From: a virus
Lineage: Duplodnaviria > Caudoviricetes
Strand: one strand, 5' to 3'
DNA length: 57,053 nt
Virus record (IMG/VR): IMGVR_UViG_3300035148_000223
Location: 1 to 57,053 of that record
A program made the position numbers and the translations under genes. The notes under the pieces were generated by a model. That model was not told the origin of the DNA and did not search any database. It saw only the letters and a program-made list of their open reading frames with translations. Of this stretch, positions 9,170 to 17,593 are shown piece by piece. The stretch's first letter is position 1; every line of letters begins with the position of its first letter.

Positions 9170-9773
9170 TGTGGGTCCTCCAGTACGATTCGAGCCGAGA
9201 AAGAAACACAGTATAGTCTTCCGGGTCTTCGTATTCACGCACGATGAGTTGGCCGTCGCGCAGATAGACCCCTAGCCGCCTGCGGGGCAGCGAGCCACGG
9301 TAGGGCGCGAGGAGGTCGTAGGCGGCGAGTTGCACGCCGTGATGCTTCGCGGGCGCGCACGTCTTGATGTCCAGCACGACTTCCCCCGCGTAGCGCGAGG
9401 TCGTGAGGATGCCGATGCGGTCCACGATGCCCGCGACACGTAGGTCGTCGCGGTAGAGGGGCGTCTCGATATGCGTGAAGTGCGGGCGGTTGACGGCCTT
9501 CCAGACCGCCCACTGGCGCAGGTAGCGTTGGTCCTCGGCGCTGGCCGAGGCGATGATGCGCCGCTGGTTCTGCTCGCTGGCAAGGTCCATCTTCACGGTC
9601 AGCTTGTGGATGCGCGTGCCGCGCTCGGCGGGACGCCCGTCCGACAGGAACTCCAGTTGGTCCTTGACCGTCTTCGGCACCGAAAGCATGGTGACGTGTG
9701 GGACGCGCACGCCCTCGAAGGTGAAGGCGTGCGCGGTCGCGTCAAAGCACAGGGGAGAGGGTCCGCGTGTCAT
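9162..9773 (-). CDS. PD-(D/E)XK exonuclease (RecB/Cas4-like fold)
   Basis: ERGTRIH, IETPLY, AGIVDRI, VLDIKT and QLAAY motifs. Confidence 0.85.
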   Translation of the reverse strand: MTRGPSPLCFDATAHAFTFEGVRVPHVTMLSVPKTVKDQLEFLSDGRPAERGTRIHKLTVKMDLASEQNQRRIIASASAEDQRYLRQWAVWKAVNRPHFTHIETPLYRDDLRVAGIVDRIGILTTSRYAGEVVLDIKTCAPAKHHGVQLAAYDLLAPYRGSLPRRRLGVYLRDGQLIVREYEDPEDYTVFLSRLESYWRTHNG

Positions 9774-10696
9774 TCGCCGGGCCGTTTCTTCGAGGCGAGC
9801 CACCCCAGCACGTCCTCGAAGTAGATGCTGGGCAGGTCGGCCGAGTGATCGACGTTGTACTTGAGCTTGATGTGTTTCTTCACGTCGTCGGGGTCACGGC
9901 CCGCCTCTTGGAGCTTGACCCACAGGAAATTGCGCTGCTTCTGGCTGATGGGATGCGGAGCCGAGGCGACCGGCTTGTCGCTCTTCCACTTGTCGGCGTT
10001 CGGGCTGTGCGGGGCCACCCGAATCTCCTGCCACTTCGGCGTCACGTCCACGCGCCGCCAGACGGCTTGCTCTTCGTTCTTGACGACGGCGATGACTCGG
10101 ATGCAGTTCGCCTTGATGAAGCGGTCCACGAACCGGCGGTCCCAGCACTCCGAGGCGATGCCGAGGTCCTTGCAGCACCGCATCAGCGCGTTGGACTTGA
10201 TCACTTCGAGCGCGGTCGCCTTCGAGACGCGCTTGTTGCTCGGGTTGTATTCGGCCTCGCCCCACGCGACGGCGCGCACGAGGTCATGCACGAGCAGCGC
10301 CCACTGCTGCATCAGCGTGGTGCCGTTGTCGTCCATGATGGGCAGGTTCAGGTTCTTCAGCGACCAGCCGCCGCTGCCGAAGACCGCTGTCAGTCTGCGG
10401 CGATACTCGACCTGCGGGAAGTAGATTTCCCCCGTGGGCAGGATGTCGATCAGGTCCGGGTCCACCGGGGCCGTGAGCGCCTTGTGCTGCTTCTCGGTGA
10501 ACGGTTCCTTGCCCCACGGGTAGCCGATGTAGGGCGCGGACGTGAGGGCAATCGGCTCGCTCGGGGTGGGCGGCGGCGGCGCACTGATGACCGTGATGAC
10601 GCCGTGGTCGCCGTGTGGCGCGCCGACGAGCGCGCGGGGTTCTACGCGCCGGGCGAGAGCGGTGGTGCGCGCAGGGGTCTTTTTCTTCGTCTTCAT
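9770..10696 (-). CDS. Mgm101/Rad52-family single-strand annealing protein
   Basis: IDILPTGEIYFPQVEYRRRLTAVFGSGGW...SNALMRCCKDLGIASECWD matches the Mgm101 core. Confidence 0.85.
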   Translation of the reverse strand: MKTKKKTPARTTALARRVEPRALVGAPHGDHGVITVISAPPPPTPSEPIALTSAPYIGYPWGKEPFTEKQHKALTAPVDPDLIDILPTGEIYFPQVEYRRRLTAVFGSGGWSLKNLNLPIMDDNGTTLMQQWALLVHDLVRAVAWGEAEYNPSNKRVSKATALEVIKSNALMRCCKDLGIASECWDRRFVDRFIKANCIRVIAVVKNEEQAVWRRVDVTPKWQEIRVAPHSPNADKWKSDKPVASAPHPISQKQRNFLWVKLQEAGRDPDDVKKHIKLKYNVDHSADLPSIYFEDVLGWLASKKRPGE

Positions 10697-10832
10697 GGGT
10701 CCTCCGTTTGCGTTTCGGGAAAAGAGCGGGTAGGATGGCCGTGGGTGCGGGTCCTCCAACTCTTACCCACTTCGGGCCTGACCACTGAACCTCCTGCCGG
10801 AGACCCAGCGTCAGGCCCGTTGCTTGTACGGG

Positions 10833-11057
10833 CTACCTCGGCGCGTGGTCGGTCGCCTCGCGCAGCGCCCACTCCATCGTATCGGCGACAGAGACGACGG
10901 CGTCCGGGTTGGCCTTGGCCAGCCGTCGGCGCAGCGTCGTCAGCAGTTCGTGACCGCTCGGCGTCAGCAGCACCGTCAGTTGCCGCGAGCGGTCTTTGCC
11001 CCGGAACAGCGAGCGCGGCCCGCCAACTCCCGGCGCAGAGGTCTTGAGCGTTGCCAT
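10833..11057 (-). CDS. Small DNA-binding protein (ribbon-helix-helix-like)
   Basis: GAAGGAG RBS; own promoter; LTVLLT...SVADTMEWALRE pattern. Confidence 0.55.
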   Translation of the reverse strand: MATLKTSAPGVGGPRSLFRGKDRSRQLTVLLTPSGHELLTTLRRRLAKANPDAVVSVADTMEWALREATDHAPR

Positions 11058-11079
11058 GTGAATGACTCCTTCTATGTCC

Positions 11080-11108
11080 AGTATATCTGCGCGCACGGGC
11101 GGTCTCAA
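11080..11108 (-). promoter_or_regulatory. Sigma70-like promoter
   Basis: TTGAGA-17 bp-TATACT on the minus strand upstream of the ATG at 11057. Confidence 0.7.
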
Positions 11109-11132
11109 GCGTTGCCCGTGCGCGCAGGGGTC

Positions 11133-11480
11133 TTACAGGTCATCCGTCGCGAAGCTCACGGCGCGAGGCGCGCGGATGTTGAACGTGACGCCGTTGACGC
11201 GCACGGCGGTTGTGGTGGAAGGCGGCTGCGTACGCGTGGGCGTGACGACGGGCGCACGCGCGAGCCGCACGGTGTCCTCGCGGTTCATGCGCTGGCTCGC
11301 GCGCCATGCGTCGATATGGCGGCAGGTCTTGTCGCCTTTCTTGAAGCGGTAGCTCGGGCAGGAACACCCGATGGTGCCTGTCGAGACGTGCCGCTTGAGT
11401 TCCCATTCCCGTCCGGGGTCTGAGTCGCTGTCGATGTAGGCGACGTGATCCCAGAGCATGCTACGGCGTCTTGGTCGCAC
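11133..11480 (-). CDS. SWIM zinc-finger protein
   Basis: CSCPSYRFKKGDKTCRHI (CxCx(n)CxH). Confidence 0.75.
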   Translation of the reverse strand: MRPRRRSMLWDHVAYIDSDSDPGREWELKRHVSTGTIGCSCPSYRFKKGDKTCRHIDAWRASQRMNREDTVRLARAPVVTPTRTQPPSTTTAVRVNGVTFNIRAPRAVSFATDDL

Positions 11481-11670
11481 GGGTCCTCCCTTCTGGGGCG
11501 GCGACAAGGATGACGCGCTTGATGTCGCGCGCGTTCGCCTCGGCCACGCGCCGGGCGTCGGTCTCGTCCGTGTACACTTCGACGGTCGTTCCCAAGAGAC
11601 CGAAGGTCCCTACGGGCTTGTGCGTGGTGCGCGAGACGAGAATCCAGCCGGGTCCGAATACCTTGGGCAT
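11461..11670 (-). CDS. Hypothetical protein
   Basis: TAGGAGGACCCATG start cassette. Confidence 0.6.
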   Translation of the reverse strand: MPKVFGPGWILVSRTTHKPVGTFGLLGTTVEVYTDETDARRVAEANARDIKRVILVAAPEGRTRATKTP

Positions 11671-11678
11671 GGGTCCTC

Positions 11679-12203
11679 CTACTCGATGTCCCACGACACG
11701 GCGTCAATGGCGTCCGCCATCTCGTCGCGGCGCGCCTGCTCCGTGTCCTCGGCGCTCTCCTCGGCGTCCTCGTCCGGCTCCTCTTCGTCCGGCTCCTCGA
11801 TGCCTTCGAGTTCATCCGCGATGCTCTCGCAGGCGTCGTAGCGGGTCTGGAGCAACTCGCCGGACGGCGCGTCCTGCAAGCTCTCCGGCATGTTGTCGCG
11901 GTTGTCGGACTGCTCCTGTCCGAGGTCTCGCACGTCGCTGGCAATCGACTCCAGCTCGCTCTTCGCCGTCGCGAAGTCCATCTCTCCCGCGCGCACGGCC
12001 TTGGCGACGTCCTCGGCGCGCTCCTGTAGGTCGTACATCTGGCCCTTGTAGGCCGAGTTCGTCAACTGCGACGCGCGGGGTTGCGTCTTGCTGACCTGCT
12101 TCGGGCCGTAGCGGTGCTTCCACCACCAGTACGAATCCCCCTTCTTCACGTCGGTTCCGGGGATGTCCTTCTGGGCCTTCTTCACGAATGTCGCTCGCGC
12201 CAT
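11679..12203 (-). CDS. Hypothetical protein with basic N-terminus and acidic C-terminus
   Basis: AGGAGGACCC RBS; MARATFVKKAQKD...YWWWKHRYG; very acidic tail. Confidence 0.75.
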   Translation of the reverse strand: MARATFVKKAQKDIPGTDVKKGDSYWWWKHRYGPKQVSKTQPRASQLTNSAYKGQMYDLQERAEDVAKAVRAGEMDFATAKSELESIASDVRDLGQEQSDNRDNMPESLQDAPSGELLQTRYDACESIADELEGIEEPDEEEPDEDAEESAEDTEQARRDEMADAIDAVSWDIE

Positions 12204-12223
12204 GTCCGGGTCCTCCTGTCGGG

Positions 12224-12691
12224 CTATAGGTCTTGCGGGTTGAACGTGATGTCGCGGACGCGTTCTACCCCCGGCTCCGAGAGCTTGGGGGTGATGCGGT
12301 TGATGGCGCGCTCGGTGCGGTCGATAGCGGCCGTGGCACGCTTGACGGTGTAGAGACTGCCCTCCTCCGCGCCCGTGCGGAGCTTGCGCCACGCCGCTTC
12401 GAGGCGCTTTTCGAGGCGGGCCTTCTGCGCCAGCAGCATGCTGGCGCGGTAGAGGTCTGTCCGCTTGAAGGCGGCGAGGGCCGCGCGCCGCTCGGCCTTC
12501 GTCTGGGCCTTGCGCGCCTCGGCTCGCCGCTTCCGAAGCTGGTCGTAGCCCCAGCGGATGTTGCGCCTGCACAGGCGGCAGGCATAGGCGCGGGACGCCA
12601 ACTTCGAGGTCTGGTTGGTCGTCCCGCACCACGGGCAATCGACGTAGGCCGCGCGCAGTTCACGAGGCTGAGTCGGCACAGTACACCTCAT
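12224..12691 (-). CDS. Zinc-ribbon plus coiled-coil protein
   Basis: CPWC...CRLC motif; basic coiled coil. Confidence 0.6.
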   Translation of the reverse strand: MRCTVPTQPRELRAAYVDCPWCGTTNQTSKLASRAYACRLCRRNIRWGYDQLRKRRAEARKAQTKAERRAALAAFKRTDLYRASMLLAQKARLEKRLEAAWRKLRTGAEEGSLYTVKRATAAIDRTERAINRITPKLSEPGVERVRDITFNPQDL

Positions 12692-13124
12692 GGCTCACGG
12701 TGGGCGGCTCGACGTCGTCTTCGCGCAAGAGTTCGAGCGCGAGGTCGCGGAGGTGGCTGTCGGGCCACAGCACGCCGCCAAAGAGGTCTGGCACCGTGAA
12801 GGTCCCGGTCTGCCACTTGTCGTCGAACATCATGTCGATGCCGCCGACGGATTGCGTGACGTGCCACTGCTTGCAGGTCGGGCAGCGGCGCTCCAGCAGC
12901 ATGACGAGGCCGACGTGCTGGTCGGGGTTGCCGTAGTAGCGGAGGTATTCCTCGTACGGGATGGGGATGTCGTGATTCATGTACGGCCCCTTCTCGTAGC
13001 TCTCCCGCGACTCGGGGAGCGGCTGGCCGTCGCTCCCCTCCGGCACGAAGGTCTCGTCGTACTCGATGCGGAACCGGCAGGTGGTCAGCACCGGGTTCGT
13101 CAGGCGATAGACCGGCACCTTCAT
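12660..13124 (-). CDS. Hypothetical protein
   Basis: MKVPVYRL; ATGA coupling; CPTC motif. Confidence 0.6.
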   Translation of the reverse strand: MKVPVYRLTNPVLTTCRFRIEYDETFVPEGSDGQPLPESRESYEKGPYMNHDIPIPYEEYLRYYGNPDQHVGLVMLLERRCPTCKQWHVTQSVGGIDMMFDDKWQTGTFTVPDLFGGVLWPDSHLRDLALELLREDDVEPPTVSHEVYCADSAS

Positions 13125-13507
13125 TTCCCTTCTCCCTTCATGGCGATGCGAACGCTGATGTTGCGGTCCTTCCAGAAGCGGTCCATGACGTGCCGCTTGA
13201 ACTTGGCGGCGGTCATCTCCGAGGCGTTGGTGGACAGGCCAACGTGGCGCTTCACGTCGTCGGCCGTGATGTAGAGGTCTTTCACGGTGCTGTCCACCTC
13301 CACCGTCGCGCGGAAGGCCCCGAAGAGGCGCTCGTAGACGTCCGCGCGGGTGGCAAACTCCTCGACGTTCGCCTCGGTGATGCGGGGCATGCCGACGAAC
13401 ATCGTCACCCAGATGAGGGTGTCGGTCGTCGGGTTGAGCTTGCCGTCCTTCGTCTTGCAGACGGTCTCGCGGTTCGCGATCTTCGAGATGTCCCAACTGA
13501 GTCCCAT
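13121..13507 (-). CDS. Hypothetical protein
   Basis: TAGGAGGACC RBS; 128 aa. Confidence 0.7.
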   Translation of the reverse strand: MGLSWDISKIANRETVCKTKDGKLNPTTDTLIWVTMFVGMPRITEANVEEFATRADVYERLFGAFRATVEVDSTVKDLYITADDVKRHVGLSTNASEMTAAKFKRHVMDRFWKDRNISVRIAMKGEGK

Positions 13508-13515
13508 TGGTCCTC

Positions 13516-14016
13516 CTACTGAAGCTCTTTCACGCCCAGTTCGCGGGCGATGAGGGCGATGAGGTTGCGGGTCTGGACGTTCGCGTTGACGATGTCTTGT
13601 AGGCCGAGGGCGAGCGCCGTGAGCCGCTCCTCGATGTGGGTGATGCGCTGCGCGACGGCGAGCAGCGTGTCGGTGTTCTGCTTGAGGGCTTTCCGGACGC
13701 CGTGTTCCCCGTTGGTCGGGAAGGGCAGCGCCGGTTCTACGGGCTGCGCCGAGGCAGCGGTCTTGTGGCGCTTGGCCTCGCGCGCCGCGCGCCGCGCCTC
13801 ACGCTTGGCGGCAGCGTCCGCCAGTCGGGCTTTCCTCGCGTCGAGGCCCGCCTTGTAGGCGGCGACGTTCTCGCGCGTGGCGAGCCGGTGGATGCGCTGT
13901 CGCCCCTCGCCCACGGCCACGCTCGGGATGCGGCCAACCTGCAAGAGGTGATTCACGGTGGTCGTCGTGTAGCCGAGGAAGTCAGCGATCTGGATCGGGG
14001 TCATCAGGTCAGACAT
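13516..14016 (-). CDS. Excisionase/MerR-like HTH protein with coiled-coil tail
   Basis: LMTPIQIADFLGYTTTTVNHLLQVGRIPSV. Confidence 0.7.
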   Translation of the reverse strand: MSDLMTPIQIADFLGYTTTTVNHLLQVGRIPSVAVGEGRQRIHRLATRENVAAYKAGLDARKARLADAAAKREARRAAREAKRHKTAASAQPVEPALPFPTNGEHGVRKALKQNTDTLLAVAQRITHIEERLTALALGLQDIVNANVQTRNLIALIARELGVKELQ

Positions 14017-14035
14017 GGGGTCCTCCGGGTGAAGG

Positions 14036-14070
14036 GGGCGTTTACACGGGTACTACCCATGTAAACGCCC
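14036..14070. promoter_or_regulatory. 35-bp near-perfect palindrome upstream of the HTH gene (operator or terminator)
   Basis: GGGCGTTTACACGGGTA-C-TACCCATGTAAACGCCC, 17-bp arms with one mismatch. Confidence 0.6.
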
Positions 14071-14086
14071 GATTGGTGCGAATCGA

Positions 14087-15166
14087 CTAGAGGTCTGTCG
14101 CCGAGAACGAGATGGCGCGGGTCCGCTCGACGACCATCGCGTCCACGGCGGTCTTGATCTGCGAGATGCTCTTGGCCACCTTCGCGCGCACGCCGCCGTC
14201 GGCATCGCGGAGGTCGTCCGGGGTGATGCCCGCCATCACCGCCTTGGCCTTCTGGACGAGCGCCGTGAGGCCCTCGTCGTTCGTGACGTTGCGGAGCGGG
14301 AAGTCCTCGAAGAACTCCGTCAGGTTGGTGACGAGCGAGTCGCGGAAGACCTTCGGCTTGCCGTCCGGGCCGGTCTGGAGCCGTTCCGCCATGTGGGCGA
14401 TGACCTCGCTGAACGCCTCGCTCATGCCGAGGCGGATGTCGGACACGACCTGCGCCAGCTTGGCCTCGGTCTTCTTCACGGCCTCGCCGTAGATGGCCGC
14501 GTCAATCGACTTCAACTGGTCCGGCACCTCGTCGATGTCCATGAAGAAGTACTCGAACTTGAACTTGCTGGCGACGACCTCCAGCTTCGGGTAGTCGGCC
14601 GGGTCGTACTGGTCGGCCAGCAGGGCGGCGGCTTCCTGCTTCAGGGCCGCGTAGCGGTCAAGGAACGCCTCGACCAACTGCTTGCGCTGGGTCTCGCGCT
14701 CGACGAGACCGTCGTAGATGGCCCGGACCTTCGCGATGGGGATGCGGTAGAGGCCCGCCATCAGGTAGGACGGCAGCGCGGCGGACGAGAGCCATATCTG
14801 GCAGGCGAGGTCGAATGCCGAGATGGCCTTGAGTTCCGGGGAGTCGAGCAGGCTCTTCTCCATCTTCAGCATCTTCTTCTCGGCAGCGGTCTGCACCTTC
14901 GAGAGGTCCGCCTTCTTCTCGTTGTTGAACCGGCGGGTGACGAGGCGCATGCCGATGGTCGCGCCCTTGACGACGGCCACGTCCGGGGTCTTGGTCTTGG
15001 CCGCGAGGATTTCCTTCGTGCGCGTGTCCGCCGTGTCCTTCGTCATCGGCGGCACCTTCGGCGCGGTTCTACGCGCGAACCGAGTGACGGTCTCGGTCTT
15101 CCGCATGGTGAACTTGCGGGCAGTGGTCTTGCGGGACGTGGTCTTGCGAGCAGTGGTCTTTTTCAC
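14087..15166 (-). CDS. DUF3150-like protein
   Basis: GLYRIP, YDPADYP and KPKVFRDSLVTNLTEFFEDFPLRNV motifs; last gene of the AAA operon. Confidence 0.6.
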   Translation of the reverse strand: MKKTTARKTTSRKTTARKFTMRKTETVTRFARRTAPKVPPMTKDTADTRTKEILAAKTKTPDVAVVKGATIGMRLVTRRFNNEKKADLSKVQTAAEKKMLKMEKSLLDSPELKAISAFDLACQIWLSSAALPSYLMAGLYRIPIAKVRAIYDGLVERETQRKQLVEAFLDRYAALKQEAAALLADQYDPADYPKLEVVASKFKFEYFFMDIDEVPDQLKSIDAAIYGEAVKKTEAKLAQVVSDIRLGMSEAFSEVIAHMAERLQTGPDGKPKVFRDSLVTNLTEFFEDFPLRNVTNDEGLTALVQKAKAVMAGITPDDLRDADGGVRAKVAKSISQIKTAVDAMVVERTRAISFSATDL

Positions 15167-15192
15167 GGTCGGGTCCTCCAGTTAGCAGCCGT

Positions 15193-15396
15193 CTAGTGCG
15201 AGTGGTGGTCGTGGGTGGTGCCGTCCGCGTGCGTGTGGACGTGGCCCGCGCGGGCCTTGACGGTGGTCTCGCCGCCGAGGTCCAAGCTGATCGTCTTCAG
15301 CAGGGCATCGGCATTCAGGTGGTTCGGCCCGGAGATGCGGCCGGTGGTGATCTTCACGTCGCCGTCCTCGGTGATTTCGATGCGGATGTCGTCCAC
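15193..15396 (-). CDS. DUF2997-like small protein with His-rich tail
   Basis: IRIEITEDGDVKITT...G..H...LGG pattern; canonical position next to DUF1257-like and AAA genes. Confidence 0.65.
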   Translation of the reverse strand: MDDIRIEITEDGDVKITTGRISGPNHLNADALLKTISLDLGGETTVKARAGHVHTHADGTTHDHHSH

Positions 15397-15400
15397 GGGG

Positions 15401-15727
15401 CTACCTCTTCGTGACCGCGTAGGTGTTCTTGCCGGTGGCCTTCAGCGACCAACCGAACTGCTTCGCGCGCTTCGCCACGACCTGATGCGCGTAGGCCCGC
15501 TTCGCGACGGGCGCGAACTCAGCGGCGTCCATGCTGGAGCCGCGCATCGTCACGCGTCCGTTCTCGAAGGAGCCGGACACGTAGCGGCCCTCGACCTCCC
15601 CGCTGAACGCGAGGTAGGCCGAGGATTCGGACACGCGCAGGCCAAGGGCCTTGAGGCCCTTGGCGAGGAGCGCGATGTCCGCGACGTCCAAGTTCACAGA
15701 GGTCTGGCGGACAGAATCACACGGCAT
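15401..15727 (-). CDS. DUF1257 (Ycf35)-like protein
   Basis: DIALLAKGLKALG...AYAHQVVAKRAKQFGW; follows the AAA ATPase. Confidence 0.6.
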   Translation of the reverse strand: MPCDSVRQTSVNLDVADIALLAKGLKALGLRVSESSAYLAFSGEVEGRYVSGSFENGRVTMRGSSMDAAEFAPVAKRAYAHQVVAKRAKQFGWSLKATGKNTYAVTKR

Positions 15728-15729
15728 GG

Positions 15730-17271
15730 TTACGACTCCTTCATGTCGGCGGTCTTGGCGATGAACGCCATCTCCGGCAGGGAGATAGCGCGCCCGCCGG
15801 ACGGGGGAAGAGCTTCCTGCCCCTGCGCCATGTAGACGCCGGGGACGTTGGCCGACAGGTAGCGCCCGTTGCACTCCTGCCGCAGCCGTTCGATCCGATC
15901 CGCCGCCGACCGCGCGAGCGGCACGACGTACGCCGCCGCGTCGAGCAGGCTGATGTCCAGCATCGACGCGAGGTAGCACAACTGCTTGATCTCGGCTCCG
16001 GTCCAGCCCTTGATGTTCGGGAGGGGCTGTTTCTTCAGGCCGTATTTCTTGAGGAAGATGGGGACGATCTTCGCCTGCTCGGCCTCGCTCGGCAGGTCGA
16101 AGAAGAAGGTGCCAAGCGTGAACCGGCGGCGGAACTCCGGCGGCAGCACGCCAATCGAATTGCAGGTCGCGATCCACAGGGCCTTGCCGCCGCTGATGGC
16201 CTGAATGACGTCGTTCGCATTCAGGATGTTGGCCTCGCTCTGGCCGACGAGCGAGTTCTTCATCGCGCCGAGGTCGTAGAGGATCGTCGGGACCTTGGCC
16301 TCGTTGCCCGCCGCCTTCGCGACGAGCGACTTCGCGGAGCCGGGGTGACCGATGAACATGAGGCCGCGCGCCTCGGTGTTCTGGAGGTAGGTGAGCAGTG
16401 CGCCAAGCTGGAATTGCGAGGTGCCGCTCGAATCGCCCGTGCCGTTGGTGCCGCTGCCCGCGAGCGCCTTTTCAATCTCGTCCATCCAGATGACGGCCGA
16501 GTAGGGGTCTTTCCCGGTGCGGATGCTCGTGATGAAGTTCTTCGCGACGTCGCAGCCACCGATGTCCTCGAAGGTCTCGGTGCCACGGTAGACGGACAGG
16601 CCCGCGACCTGTTCGATGGCCGCGTACTTCTGCTGCCAGAGCGACGGCACGTCCAGTCCATTCTCGTTGAGGCAGAGTGAGACGGCGGTCTCGGCCGAGA
16701 ATGCGGCCAACCCGGAGAGGGCATCGGCCACGCGACGTTCTACGTCGCCCGCGAGTGGGGGCAGGTTCGCGCCCACCATGAGTTTGTTCGCGATGCCGAC
16801 GAGCGCCGCGCGGTCGGGGCGGGTTTCGTCCAGCACGATGATGTCGCCCTGAAGCTCGGGCGGGGTCTTCTCTCCCGGCGGGGTGACGAGGACGAGCGTG
16901 CGCCGGTTCTGCTTGTAGAGGTCGCGCAGGTTCCAGATCCCCTGAAGCACGCCGGGGTCTGTCCAGAGCTTGTGGGCGTTGAGGACGAAGACGATGACGC
17001 GCTCCGGGGCCTTCGTCAGCTTGCGGAGCATGTCCACGGGGTTGCCGGTCGCGATGGCCGGGTCCTCGCCGCCGTTCAACTCGGTCGCGACGGGCGAACC
17101 GGCCGGGTTGAGCGGCATGATGCCGCGCACGATGTCGTGAACGAGCGCCGGGCTGGACTTGCCCAGCGTGTCGAGCAGGATGCCCACCAGCGAGGCGGGG
17201 TCCGGCGTCCGGGCCACCAGCAAGGGGGCCGAGGTGCGCCGGGCGGCGATGAAGAGGTCTTTCAGAGTCAT
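15730..17271 (-). CDS. Ycf46-like AAA+ ATPase
   Basis: Degenerate N-terminal AAA domain (IWNLRD...PPELQ); FEDIGG; WMDEIEKALAG; Walker A GHPGSAKS; ATCN...LPPEFRRRF; GWTGAEI. Confidence 0.85.
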   Translation of the reverse strand: MTLKDLFIAARRTSAPLLVARTPDPASLVGILLDTLGKSSPALVHDIVRGIMPLNPAGSPVATELNGGEDPAIATGNPVDMLRKLTKAPERVIVFVLNAHKLWTDPGVLQGIWNLRDLYKQNRRTLVLVTPPGEKTPPELQGDIIVLDETRPDRAALVGIANKLMVGANLPPLAGDVERRVADALSGLAAFSAETAVSLCLNENGLDVPSLWQQKYAAIEQVAGLSVYRGTETFEDIGGCDVAKNFITSIRTGKDPYSAVIWMDEIEKALAGSGTNGTGDSSGTSQFQLGALLTYLQNTEARGLMFIGHPGSAKSLVAKAAGNEAKVPTILYDLGAMKNSLVGQSEANILNANDVIQAISGGKALWIATCNSIGVLPPEFRRRFTLGTFFFDLPSEAEQAKIVPIFLKKYGLKKQPLPNIKGWTGAEIKQLCYLASMLDISLLDAAAYVVPLARSAADRIERLRQECNGRYLSANVPGVYMAQGQEALPPSGGRAISLPEMAFIAKTADMKES

Positions 17272-17295
17272 TGTGCGGTCCTCCATACAACGGGC

Positions 17296-17324
17296 ATTAT
17301 ATCACAGGCAGAAAACGTCAGCAA
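17296..17324 (-). promoter_or_regulatory. Strong sigma70-like promoter for the AAA operon
   Basis: TTGCTG-17 bp-TATAAT with extended -10 TG. Confidence 0.8.
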
Positions 17325-17345
17325 ATCCGGGGGCCGAGAAGGGTT

Positions 17346-17591
17346 CTACGCGCGGTCGGGCCGGAAGTCGAAGTAGATGCGCGGGTTGTGCTTGAAGAGC
17401 AGTGTGCCACGCACGCCGTCGGCCTTGCGGACGACGATGACGAACGGGGCCATGAAGCCCTCGACGTCGAAGTCCTCTTGCAGCGTGGTCGTGGTCCACG
17501 TCTGCGGCTCGCCCTCCACGATGGCGTCGGCGTCGGTGTGGGCGATGATGGTTCCCAAGATGAGTCGCCGGAGTTCGGTGGGGTCGTCCAC
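17346..17591 (-). CDS. Conserved hypothetical phage protein
   Basis: WTT..LQEDFDVEGFMAPFVIVVRKADGVRGTLLFKHNPRIYFDF. Confidence 0.7.
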   Translation of the reverse strand: MDDPTELRRLILGTIIAHTDADAIVEGEPQTWTTTTLQEDFDVEGFMAPFVIVVRKADGVRGTLLFKHNPRIYFDFRPDRA

Positions 17592-17593
17592 GT

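Noticed and set aside
9162-9773. Cas4 / CRISPR adaptation gene
   Set aside because: Lacks the Fe-S cysteine cluster and CRISPR context; its position next to the annealase indicates a recombination exonuclease.
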